From contig CM052817.1 in assembly GCA_028534125.1 (NCBI GenBank), positions 84,632,001 through 84,696,000 on the forward strand: a stretch of 64,000 nt of DNA, written 5' to 3'. This DNA is from Lama glama (lineage: Eukaryota). A program made the position numbers and the translations under genes. This document shows positions 13,340-25,033 of the stretch, piece by piece. Each line of letters opens with the position of its first letter. Positions within the stretch are counted from its first letter, which is position 1. The notes beneath the pieces are model-generated. The model searched no databases. It was not told the DNA's origin and saw nothing but the letters and a program-made list of their open reading frames with translations.

Positions 13340-13632
13340 CAGGGCTACCACCAGCTCTATGTGTGAAATTAAAAAAAAAGTTCCACGTGACAATGAATAT
13401 ATATATGTTCATGTATAACTGAAAAATTGTGCTCTACACTGGAATTTGACACAACATTGTTAAATGATTATAAACCAATAAAAAAAGTTAAAAAAAATGT
13501 TCCTAGGTAGATAGCGCTTGTGGCAAACAGGTTGTCAAGCCAAACCTGGGCTGCCTTTTAGTCTCTGATTTGCTCCTTCAACGTGGTGCTCTTGTGCAGA
13601 GCACAACCTGCACAGGCTGTGAATCTACCCTG
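13340..13632. mobile_element. MER91-like hAT non-autonomous DNA transposon, interrupted by an L1 tip
   Basis: CAGGG...CCCTG termini and the diagnostic TTGTGCAGAGCACAACCTGCACAG motif near the right end. Confidence 0.65.
13385..13497 (+). mobile_element. Young lineage-specific L1 3' tip (~110 bp, 5'-truncated)
   Basis: GTGACAATGAATAT...ACTGAAAAATTGTGCTCTACACTGGAATTTGACACAACATTG...AATAAA, nearly identical to copies at 45320-45425 (-) and 55190-55290. Probable TSD AAAAAAA(A/T)GTTCC. Confidence 0.85.
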
Positions 13633-13879
13633 GTAGTAAGATTTTCTACGTACTTAATAAATACCTGTAGAGAGTTCTAGTAGGTGCCGATGCCTCTGGA
13701 TAACCACCCTAAAGGAAAAATGTTGTATGGTAAAAATCAATTAATGATTTTTATATTTATGTAATATGTATAACCGTGTAGATATTTTGATGTTGGAAAG
13801 ACTAAAGGACATTTTCTTTTTTTTGGAATATATATATACATATATATATATTCCAAATTTTATATACATACACACACAC

Positions 13880-14715
13880 ACATATTCACTGCAACATTAC
13901 TCACAATAGCCAATATAAGGAAACAACCTAAATGATCGTTGACAGATGAATGGATAAAGAAAATCTATATACATACAATGGAATATTATTCAGCCTTTAT
14001 AAAGAAGGAAATCCTGCCATTTGCAACAACATAGATGAAACTGGAGGACATTAAGCTAAGTGAAATAAGCCAGACACAGAAAGAAAATTACTACATGATT
14101 TCACTTATATGTGAAATCTAAAGTAGTGAAACATGGAGGGAGGGTATAGCACAGTGGCAGAGTGCATGAGGTCATGAGTCCAATCCTTAGTACCTCCATT
14201 AAAAACAAATGAATAAATGCATGAATAAATAAGCCTAATTACCCTCCAAAATTAAATAAATAAATGCAAACTGCCACTTTAAAAAATAAAGATAAATAAA
14301 TAAAAGTGAAAAACAGAAACAAGCAAAAAAAAAAAAGTAGTCAAACACACAGAAGCATATGATAGAATGCTGGTTGCCAGGGGCTGGATAGAGGGAGAAA
14401 TGGGGGAGTACCATTCAAAGGCACAAAGTTTTGTTCTTTCAAGAGTAAGTCCTGGAGTTCAACTATAAGCATAATGCCTATAGTTAACAATACTATATTG
14501 CTTAGAAGTTTGCTAAGTTTTGCAAAAATTTGCTAAAATGTTGTGTTATCGCAAACTAACAACAATAATAATATTAATAACTAAGAAGGCAGGAGGAATG
14601 AATAAGGTTATGGTATAGATTGTGGTGACAGTTTCATCAGTTATACTTATTTCCAAAATTATGAATTTGTTTAATTACTTAGGTATAGCATTTTGCATGT
14701 CAATTTTTTTAAATG
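13880..14715 (+). mobile_element. L1MA/L1MB-type 3' end (ORF2 C-terminus and 3' UTR), split by a SINE
   Basis: ACAGATGAATGGATAAAGAAAAT..ACAATGGAATATTATTCAGCC..GCTAAGTGAAATAAGCCAGACACAGAAAG..TGGTTGCCAGGGGCTGG. Confidence 0.9.
14135..14333 (+). mobile_element. Camelid tRNA-derived SINE (Vic-1-like)
   Basis: GGGAGGGTATAGCACAGTGGCAGAG head, CCTAATTACC body and A-rich tail. TSD AAAGTAGT(G/C)AAACA at 14120-14133 and 14334-14347. Confidence 0.85.
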
Positions 14716-14719
14716 TAAA

Positions 14720-17250
14720 AGAGCAATTATAAATATGTGCAAGGATTTAAAGGAAAACAATCATGAGAGAAATGGAAGGTATATAAAATAAGCAATTGGA
14801 TTTAAGAGGATACCAGACGCAGCAGAAGTAAAGATCAGCGAACTTGAAGATATAACAGAAACAGAACAATCCAAACTGAAGCATAGAAGATATGAAGTTG
14901 AAATAAATAAACAGAGCCTTAGTGGCATCTGAGACAATATAAAGCAGTATAAAATATTGCAATTGAATTTCAGGAATGAAGCAGACAAAAACATTGTTTA
15001 AAAATAACAAAATTTTTTCTGTATTTGATGTAAACTGAAAATCCACATACCCAAGACTCAGTGAACACAAAGCAGCATTTAATAAAGGAAAAACAAAAAA
15101 AGAGGTACATTAGAATCAAATTTCTGAAAATCGGTGATACAGAGAAAATCTTGTGAGCAGCTAGAGAAAAAAACGACTTTTTACACTAAAGAGAGGAAAG
15201 ATAGGAATGACCTGTCACTTCTCATTAGAAGCACACATGCTAGAAAACCATGGAATGATATCTTTCCGCTGCTGAAAGGAAAAAAAAAAAACTCTGTAAA
15301 TATAGAATTTCCTATCACAAAATATTTTTCAAAAATGGAGATTAAAACAATTTTCAGAGAAGTTAAAAACATTTTCAGACAAACTAAATGAAAAATTTTG
15401 TTATAGTAGACCAGCAATGCAAGAAAAGCTAAAGAAAGTCCTTTATAAAATATATGTGAATTTTTCTAAGTTTTCTAAAGGATAATTGCTCAATAAAAAA
15501 TATAATAACTGTATTACAACATTTATAAAATATTTAGAAATAAAGTACAACTAAAATAGCTAAATAAAGGGTGGAGGAGGATGAATCACATTATGTATGA
15601 TAGTGTGATATAATTTGATGGTAGATTGATACGTTAAAGATGGATTAGTTAAATATAGAGCAATCACTAAAAAAGAAGATATTTCTACTTGGCAAATGAG
15701 GAGATAAAATGGAAAACCAAAAAAAAAAAAAAAAAAAAGAAAGAAAAAGTAGGAAAATTAAAAAACCCAAATCGTGGGATAAATAGAAAATCTGTAACAA
15801 GATGGGAGCTTTAAATCCAAGCATAATGATAATTATCTTACATGAATTGATTCAAACTTTCAATGAAAAAGCAGTGATCATCAGAATGGGAGGTGAGGGG
15901 GAAACAAATGGCATAAAAGAATGGAAAAAAAGGATGTCATTCAAACACTAATGTTAGAAAGTAGGAGTATATATATTAGGGTCAGGAAAAAAGACTTCAG
16001 GAGTAGGAATATTTATAGAAATACAATGGATTATTTCATAATGATGAACTATTCACCAAGAAGATGTACAATTCTTTATGCAGGATTTTTGTGTCAATAA
16101 CAGAGCTTTTAAAATATATGAAACAAAAACTGAAAGGAAAAGTTGACAAATATTAATTATAATTGGTTATTTCAATATTGTCTCTCAGTAATTGATAGAA
16201 CAGTAAATCAATATGAATATAGAAAACTTAACAATGTCAACTAATTTTACCTAATTGACATTTAGTTAGACTGACATTTTAATTAGACTGGTCAAAGAAA
16301 AAAAGTAAAAACTATCAGTTGCAGAAGTGAAACTGAAAGAATGGGCATCCCTCCAGATTCAACAGAATATAAAAGTGAAACAAGGGATTGTTATGAACAT
16401 TTTATGCCATTAAATTAAATAATCTTTCAGAAAATAGAAGAGGAAACACCTCCCAGTTCACTTTATGATACCAATATTAACCTGGTACAACAGCTAAAAT
16501 TCATTACAAGAAAATAAAATTTAGGATCAAAATCCTCTTAATAATATATATAAAAATGTCCAACAAAATAATAGGAAATCAAATTCAGCAATAGAAGTGA
16601 TAATAAATCATGATCAAGTGGAGTTTATCCCAGGAATGCAACAGTTTAAAAAGAATCAATTAATGCAATTCACCATAGAGTAAATGGGGAAGTACATATG
16701 ATCATCTTGATAGATGCAGAAAAATAATTTGATATAGTTCAACTATCACGCATAATAAAATTCCCAGTAATTTAAGAACTAATGGGGATTTCCTCAAATG
16801 GTTAAAGACAACCTATAAAAACCTATAGCTAACATAATGCTTAATAGTAAGAGACTGAATGCTTTTCCACTGAAAAACAGGAACATGTCAAGGATGTCTA
16901 CTTTTACCATCACTTTTATGTAACATTATACAAAAGGATTTAGTGTATTAAAGTTAGAAAAAGGTAATCAACAACATATAGATTGGAAAAAAACAAGTGA
17001 ATCTCTCTATATTCACAGGTGAATAATAGTGAACAAGAAACTTTAAAAATAGTCATAAAAGCTTCTGAGTATTTGAATTCAGCAAGGTCTTAGGATACAA
17101 GACCAATATGTAAAATTCAGTTGTATTTTTAAATAAATATTTGTAACAAAAACTGGAAATAAGCATTAAAAATATCACCAAAATATGAAATATCTAGGGA
17201 TAACTTTAACAAAATATGTGTAAGACTTGTATACTGAAAATTACAAGACA
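14720..17250 (+). mobile_element. Old L1 with decayed ORF1, inter-ORF region and internally deleted ORF2
   Basis: ORF1-like GCAGAAGTAAAGATCAGCGAACTTGAAGATA; ORF2 motifs CATGATCAAGTGGAGTTTATCCCAGGAATGCAA (HDQVEFIPGMQ) and ATGATCATCTTGATAGATGCAGAAAAA; many stops and frameshifts. Confidence 0.85.
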
Positions 17251-18020
17251 AGAATGACTATTTTTAACACTGCTATTCAACATTGTACTGGAAGTTTTAG
17301 CAAGAGCAATTAGGCAAGAAAAATAAATAAAAGGCAACCAAATTGGAAAGAACAAGTAAATGTACATTGATAGATAACATGATTCTCTATTTAGAAAATA
17401 TTTTAAAATCCTCAAAAATACTATTAAAACTAAAATGATTTCAGTGAAGTTTCGAGACACACGATCAACACACAAAAATCCATTGTATTTCCAGCCACTA
17501 GCAATAAATGATCCAAAAAAAAAAAACCCTTATGAAAATGGTTCCATTCACAATAGTAGGAGGTGGTAGAGCACATGCCTAGCATGCATAAGGTCCTGGG
17601 TTCAATCCCCAGTACCTGCCATCAAAAAATTAATTAATTAATTAATTAACCTGATTATCTCCCCCCACCAAAAAAAAAAACCAACCTTAAAAAAACCCAT
17701 TTACAATAGCATTAAAAGAATAAATTTAACCAAAAAAGTACAAAACTTATACACTAAAAATTTCAAAATATTACTGAAATGAATTAAAGAAGGCCTTAAT
17801 AAATGGAAAGCCACCATTTGTTTGTGGATTGGAAGACTTGATATTGTCAAAATTGCAATATTTCCCAAGGCAATTTACACATTCAGTCTAATACCTATCA
17901 AAAACTTAATGGCCTTAAAACAAAACAAAACAAAACAAAAAAACCTTAATGGCCTTTTTTTGCAGAAATGGAAAAGCTGACCCTAACATTTGTGCAGAAT
18001 TTCAGGGATCTCAAATAGCT
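17250..18020 (+). mobile_element. Second, less diverged L1 ORF2 fragment
   Basis: CTATTCAACATTGTACTGGAAGTTTTAGCAAGAGCAATTAGGCAAGAA (LFNIVLEVLARAIRQE) and TGGATTGGAAGACTTGATATTGTCAAA (WIGRLDIVK). Confidence 0.85.
17557..17696 (+). mobile_element. Camelid tRNA-derived SINE (Vic-1-like), 5'-truncated
   Basis: GTGGTAGAGCACATGCCTAGCATGCATAAGGTCCTGGGTTCAATCCCCAGTACC with an intact B box. TSD CCATT(C/T)ACAATAG at 17544-17556 and 17697-17709. Confidence 0.88.
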
Positions 18021-19990
18021 TTCTTTAATAATCTGATCCAAAGATACCTTAGTCCTCTCATCCCACATCATGCTGGTCTGCTACACTGAAGACATCATGC
18101 TAATTAGAACTGGGAAACAGAAAAGTAGGAAACAATTTAAATGCCTCAGAATCCCTCATATGATTTCAAGGAGCCTGCACATGGTTGAAAGCTCTAGAAT
18201 TTTAATAGTCTGGGAATACTGATGTGTTGCATTCAAAGTGAAAGATAAATTGCTGCCTTGTCTTCTCCAGTACTAAGAAAGAAGCAGACCACTCTTTGGA
18301 TTAGGGAGGCAATGTACACCATATCTGAGTAACCTTTTTTTTTTTTGAGTGACTCATAAAGTTGCCAGTTTTGAGTGGGACCAGTAGCAAAAGATGGCTT
18401 TAGAGACGCTCTGCGATACCATGCAAGCTACCCTATTACTTTAGCCTTGTGACCTAGTGGATCCAATGTGTTAAAGAGGCCACAACAGTTATATATGCTC
18501 TATGGGAGCCTCTGCAGTCCACAGGAGAACTGCATTGCAGATCCTTAAGGTTCTGAAGCAAAGCTATACCTGTTTCACAAATAATTATTCTCTAAAACGG
18601 AGTTTACTATCAGGCCCTGTCCATGGAACCACAAGTGACATGAGACCTAAGTAGCCTGTCATGCACTGGTGTTACCTGAACCACCAAGCAATAACGGAAT
18701 GTGCAACAACATTCTCTTGTCACATGGAAGTTCATTTATGTAGTATCAGTCTCAAACAGCCCTAAAGATGCAGGAGTTTCAAGAGCAAGTGCTTAAACTC
18801 TCCATTGTACTTACTCCTGCTCCCTTGACATCTCTCACTCAACACACACCTATGCCTCACGCTGTGTACCTATTATTATCTGACTTAGGAAGAAAAATTC
18901 AGGCCTTGTTTATAGTTGGTTCTGCATGATATGCATGGAACCAGCCAAAATTGGATGCTGTAGCATTTCAGTCTAACTTAGGAGTGGTCAGGAGGGACTA
19001 TAGGGAACAAAATCCTCCCAGTGGACTGAATATCAGGCAGTATATCCTGTTGTCCTGTTTGCCTAGAAATGGATATGGACAGAAAAAAAATGATCTACAT
19101 GGATTCAAGGGAAATAGCTAACAGTTTATCCAAACAGTAAGGACCTGGGAACAACACAATTGGGAAATCAGTGACAAGGAGGTGTGGGGAAGAGATCCGT
19201 AGTTGGAACTTTGAAATGAACACAGACTGTAAGGATATTTGTGACCCACATGATTGCTCACCAAAGCACACCTACCTCAGAGGGGGCTTTCAGTGGTCAG
19301 GTGAATGAGATGACCTGTTCTGTGGGCCTGTAAGCTTCTTTTTGTAGCAATTCTAGTGCTTGCCTGATGGGATCATTAATAAAGTGCACATAATGACATA
19401 AAAGGAGATTATGCATGTTCAAAAAATTTTTTTCTTTCTCACTGAGACTGGTCTGCTAAGTGTGTAGTATGTCAACAGCAGAAGCCAATGTTAAGTCCCA
19501 GATATGGCACCATTCCTCATGAGAACCAAGTAGCCCCACTGTGGCAAGTTACTTACACTGGTCTTCTGTCATTGAGGGGTCAGTGGTTTATCCTCATGGA
19601 AATACTGTATCCTTTGTCTGCAATGCTTTTGTTATTATCACAGATGAGACAGGGTGTATACATTGAGCTAGTGACAAACGTGGTGCTGTTTTCCCCATGG
19701 CCAGAGCACATGGAGATGGGAATCAAGGTGTGAAAATGAAAGTGACTTTGTTCAATGTTACTCCAAATTTATCTTCCAGTCTCCAAGTATTTGGCCTCTG
19801 TTGAGAGGTTTCAGTTCCTAAGGGAGAAATGTTTCCCACAACATTGATTCCATTGACCTGGAATTAGAGATATCCCTAACCACTTTGGCATTCTCATGAC
19901 AATCACCTGGCATGACATTGTCAATAACTGGCAAAAAAGATTGTCACTACGTTGACTAGATCACTGATTCTGATTAAAGAGTATTATGTT
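18021..19990 (+). mobile_element. ERV-L (class III ERV) pol remnant: RT, RNase H, integrase N-terminus and dUTPase; non-coding
   Basis: Degenerate RT motif LVCYTEDIML (YIDD site at 18082-18093); RNase H IYMDS (19093) and WEISDKEVWGR (19161); integrase CVVCQQQKPMLSPRYGTIP...WQVTYTG (ORF 19488-19733); dUTPase-like EVSVPKG..IPLTW..HFGILM at ~19800-19900. Confidence 0.9.
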
Positions 19991-20169
19991 GCAACCTATT
20001 GACTAAGCATGTCAACTGTCTGGGGTTCTTAAAAATTATAGAATGACCTAAAACTTTACTCCTGAAGTATATAAATCATTAGTGGTCCTATTTGAAATTG
20101 AGTTGCTTTAATTTTCCACTAAGTTTTACTACTGGCTACAAAGTCTATTGGAGAAGATGAAAATTATAA

Positions 20170-21170
20170 AGCACAAAATAAATACATAGCTATAAAATAT
20201 ATTAAGTGTTATAAGAAGAGAATAACATGGAAATCACATTGAGGTCAAGGGATCAGGGAAGGACTCTGAAGAAAAAAATCTGAGATGAGATCTTGATGAT
20301 TTGCTTGGATTAGCATGGGGGAAGATTGGGGAAAGAGCATTCCAGGCCAAATGAAATGCTGTGGAAATAATTTCTCTTGGGTGAGGAACTATACAAGGAC
20401 TGATATGGCTGTAATGTGTGAGCCAGGGTGACAGTGGCAATAGATAGGGTTAGAGAAGTAGGCAAAGGCCAGGTCATACAGGGAGTCATACAAGATGCTA
20501 ATGAATTGTGGTCTCTTTTATCAGCTAGGAGAAGACCTGAGGGGTTTAAAGTTAAGGGATTAGAAGAAGAAATTTTTGTTTTATAAAGATATTTTCTGCT
20601 GAGGAGGGAGATTGAATTAAAGGTGACTAGAATAGAGAGAAAGAGGTTGATTATGAGGTTATTGCACTGATCCAGCTAATAGGTAATAGTATAGTAATGG
20701 CAGAGGAGATGGAGAAAAAGGGCAAATGGGTGGATCAGAAATGTATTTCCAGGAAGAATGAACATGACTTGGTGATGGACGATGGACTGGAAATGAGGAA
20801 GAGGGAGGAATTCATGACAGTTTATAGGATTATGGCATGAAAAATTGGGTAAATGGAGGAATCATTTAGTGAGATGTAGTGACAGGAATTCGAGGAGATT
20901 TTGTATTGGGTTAACTTTTGGACATGTTATTTTTGATATGCTTGGAGATATCAAGTTAGGTACCCAACAGACATTTGGATCTGTGGATTCTAGTCTCTTT
21001 TTTATTGATTGCGGGTCACTGGCAAAAATTATTTTTGAATGAAAGAAGTCAGCTAGGGAGACAGAAAAGGGAAAGAAGATAAGCAGACTTAGGACAGAGA
21101 CTTGGGGAAGTCTAACACTGTGAAGAGAAGAACTGAGCAAAGGAAAATTGGAAATTTTGCTGACTGAAGA
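20170..21170 (-). mobile_element. L2 LINE fragment (~1 kb)
   Basis: Purine-rich antisense L2 motifs: GATCAGGGAAGGACTCTGAAG, GGAAAGAGCATTCCAGGC, GACTTGGTGATGGA, TTTTGGACATGTT. Confidence 0.8.
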
Positions 21171-21339
21171 GTAAAACTCCATATTTATATCCATAACTTG
21201 TGTTAGTAAATGATAATTATTTTGCATAAGCTATCATTATTTAGCATAGGTTTATAATATATAATTATATAGCTGCATATAACACACTTGATGATTCAAC
21301 TACTGCATGTGATAAATGTTCTTGCCAGTGTAATTATCC

Positions 21340-21590
21340 CTTTAAGAGTTAAGCATTATGATTTAGAGTCAGGAACCTGAGTTCAAATTCCATCTTGGGT
21401 ATGTGATCTTGCAAGGTGATTAACTTTTAGACCTCAGTTTCGTTGCATGTGAAATAGATATATTAGCACCTCATCTAAGGATTAGGAGAGTTAGTATCTC
21501 ATATATATAAATCACATTGATAGATACACAGCAAATACTCTAAAAATGGTTAACTATTATTGTGTTGTTATTGCTCTTGTTACTGTTGTA
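21340..21590 (+). mobile_element. MIR SINE, near full length
   Basis: GTTAAGCATTATGATTTAGAGTCAGGAACCTGAGTTCAAATTCC...CCTCAGTTTCGTTGCATGTGAAAT. Confidence 0.8.
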
Positions 21591-21699
21591 GTTTTTAGGA
21601 TCTTGTGCTTGCCCCAGTTTTCCTTCCGTTCACTGGGTATCACTATGCTGCTGTCTACTCTCTACTGACATCTTTTGTCTGGACTTGAGCAATAACAGG

Positions 21700-22160
21700 T
21701 TTGCTACATCCCTGCTCCCTTCTTTTTATTCTCCTTATAGCAACCTTCTTAAAATATACATTGGATCACTTTAACCCTCTCTTTAAACATTTTCAGTGCC
21801 TTCCATTTCCTACTTAACGCCCTGATTTACTCTCTGTTTTATCATCTTAATTACTCATTGACTTGTTTTCCTGTCTCTCCACTCAGATGTAATCTCCATC
21901 AGGCCACAGGAATCTAATTTGTTATTTTTGCTGCTATATCTCCAGATTTAGCATAATATCTGGCAGATATTAGGAGCTGAATAAATTCCTTTTATTGTAT
22001 ATGCATTATAATTTCCACCCCTTAGAACTGCTGAGGGCAAGGACTAATTTGTTAACCATTATATTGCTACCGTCTAGTGAATTGGCCAGCACATAGTAAC
22101 TACTCAATATATATCTGCTAAATGAAACAATGCATGAATAAAGCAATGAGTCAATTAATC
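21700..22160 (+). mobile_element. L2 3' fragments (two tails)
   Basis: GATGTAATCTCCATCAGG..TTTTGCTGCTATATCTCCAG and GAGGGCAAGGAC..CACATAGTAACTACTCAATATATATCTGCTAAATGAA. Confidence 0.65.
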
Positions 22161-24767
22161 AAAAGTGATTCTCCAGTCTTAGCATCTCTAATAGCTAAGG
22201 CTACATTCTTCATCACAGAATATGAATATATTTGCACATTGGAAAATAAAAAATCAGTGCCAGAAGTACTTAACATCATCATGCCAAATGTGTAAAATAT
22301 GAAATCAGCATGTCTTAATATGAGCTCTTTGAGAATAGGGAAAGCGTTTGCCTTTTCCATCACTGTATTCCAGCTCCTGGCACACAATCACATGTAGATG
22401 TTCCCTCTTCAGCTGACCTGTAAGTAAGGAGGAAATATAATTATTACAGCACAACATTAGATGGATTGCCTCCAAAAATGCCTTTGAACCAGTTGCTTCT
22501 GATCAATCAGGAAACATATTGACCCACATTTCTGGGCAGTGTATTTTCTTCCTTCTCATCTGTGGCTTGTCATTCAAATAATGTGATTCTGCCACAGACT
22601 GGTAGACAAACCAAAAAGAGGAGTTAATCAAAGTGTTCTCAGCTGGAATGTTTGACTTGCACACATATTCCTACACCTAATGGGGATTCGGTTATATTTA
22701 AAATAACTTGCTAGTATGAAAGACAAAGTTTAAATTAAAAAACTCATATGTATAGATCTAGATTAAGTCCCTTACCAATTTGTACTTCCTGACATCTCTT
22801 GAGACTATTGTAACCCAAGTTTCTTGGTTTGATTTAATAGAAGGGCAAAATCTCATGTGAGAGAATTTGTATTACACCTCCTCTGTGAGGTGCACAGTTT
22901 CTTTCCTCTGCAAGCTAAGTTCAGGTGTGCTCTGGGATTTCTTTGACTTAAAAGACTTGAGTGTATTAAAACTTTGTAGCTATTGCTGGGATTGTAGGAT
23001 TTTCTGAGATTTAAGTCTCTGATTCTAGACCCCCTGTCTAAGAATTTTTTTCTCGTTAGGAGAACACCAAGTCCTAGACCTCCCTGCAGTGATAGGTGTT
23101 CTGAGGGTTAATGCTAATATTTAAAAAATACAGAGTTCTGCAGATGAAATATGCTTCTTTGGTTCAAAACATTAGTGATCCAGCTGAGTCTTTTCAGTTA
23201 TAAAAATCGAATCAAACGTGTTTACTAGAATATTGCTTTCAGTGTGAATGCTACCCATACGTTTTAATATATCTAGCACATGCATAACTTATTAAAATAT
23301 CTTGCAGATGCGATTGGGTGAAAATGATGCACTTGAAATGTAATAATGTTTAATTTACCAAGTGCTTCATCACAGTCCTGGCATTAGAAAAACCTCAAAT
23401 TCTGTTTGGTAGATTTAGCAATAGAACTGTAGTAATAGAACTGAATCTTCCAGATAATTTAGTCCTCTCATATCACTCTGTCCTCCTGGTGGAAATTGCA
23501 TCTTTCCTTGCCAAATTTTTTACTCGACTTTAAGATCGATCTATATGATAATAATCGCCTAAAGTCCTCAATGTGACAAACTTCTCTGTGCCTCAACTGT
23601 GTTCTTTTAATTTACTACTGCTGGTGTTTTCTGCATTGATTCGACGTTTTATTTCAGATGTACCACAAAAGACTGTGTTTCTTTAGATTCTGGAAATTAA
23701 GTTACTATTTTTCCTGTTTAGCAAAGCATCATGAATGCAGAGACATTATTAGCATCTTACAGATTACAAATTAGGCACAGTTGGAGACCGTATCAATTTC
23801 CTTAGGCTGATTAGTATGGAGAAGCAGTAATTTACTAATAGTCCTGGACTTTGCCCACTATTGAATAGCACAGACTAAAATGTTCTAGAACCATTTTGTT
23901 CATATTCTTGTGTTACCTTTAGGATAGAGTAGGAGATTTTTATGATTTGAAAGAACTCAAGTACCTTTTAAAGCCTGAAATATTTTAGGATAGGAGGGTC
24001 GGGCTCTATAGCTACTATTTTGATGGACATTTTGGCCATCAGGTAAGAAAAAATGTATGTGAATAAATATTAAGAGATTGTAAGTATATACAAAAAAGAA
24101 AAGTACTTAACAAAAAAGTTGTCATCTTTTATGGAAATAAGTCAAAAGAGATAAAAATCTAATTTCAAATCTTTGAAAAGGTAGTGCATAGTTGATTTGT
24201 ATTAGATGTTAATTTAACAAGGTTTCCTTTGGTTAGCTTTTAATAAAATGTTTGTACTGTACCTGTAAAATAGTTTATTTCATTGAATATTATTATTATA
24301 CTTATTAATAATGTTATCAAATATTTATTGAGTTTCTTGCTTAATGCTTGGCACATAGAAAGCATTAAACAAATAATTCTTGAATTCATTAAATTGTATT
24401 GAAGGCAATTAATTTTTAATATAGTCTATATTAGCACTAAGGTGTGTTTAGAGCCAAATGCAAACAATACATCTAAAATTAAACTTCGCCTAGTCTGCTT
24501 ATTCTAGACCACATGTTATTGAGAACAGTTGGATTTTGGATCTAAATATTATCCATTGTTTTCTATAACTTTAGTCTTACAGATGTCAGCTTAACACAAA
24601 TATGGAGAATGAATTTAGGACCTTGAGTAAGAGACTCCTGGGTGCATGCCCATAGTGCCTGCCTTAATAGTTAATAGTACCTGGTAGATACTTACTAGTC
24701 CCTGGTAAAACCTCAAGGTGGAAGACCCCTCGGCAATTAAACATACTTTCCTTCCCTGGGATTCCTC

Positions 24768-25033
24768 AGAGTGTCTTCCACAGTCCTTCTGAGTTGTTCC
24801 AGAAAAAAAAAAGTTTCTATATCCAAATAAGTTTGGGCAGTATTGTCTGCCATAGCTCTATCCTGGTGAGTCATAATGCACACTAGCACATTAAAGCAAC
24901 AAGTGCCAATAACGTATGTCTATTTAACAGAACATTTCTTAAAATATGTTTGACCGTGGGATCTTTTTTCAAATCAGTTCCATTAACATCCCAAGGATCT
25001 AACTGCTCTTCAGCATATTTTTTGGCAATGCTG
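24768..25033. mobile_element. MER103C-like hAT-Charlie MITE
   Basis: CCAAATAAGTTTGGG, CATAATGCACACTAGCACATTAAAG, TTTGACCGTGGGATCTTTTT..CCATTAACATCCC, ending TTTGGCAATGCTG. Confidence 0.55.

Noticed and set aside
19488..19733. Integrase-like ORF as a possible domesticated gene
   Set aside because: Short, lacks the catalytic core, and sits in a stop-riddled ERV-L pol.
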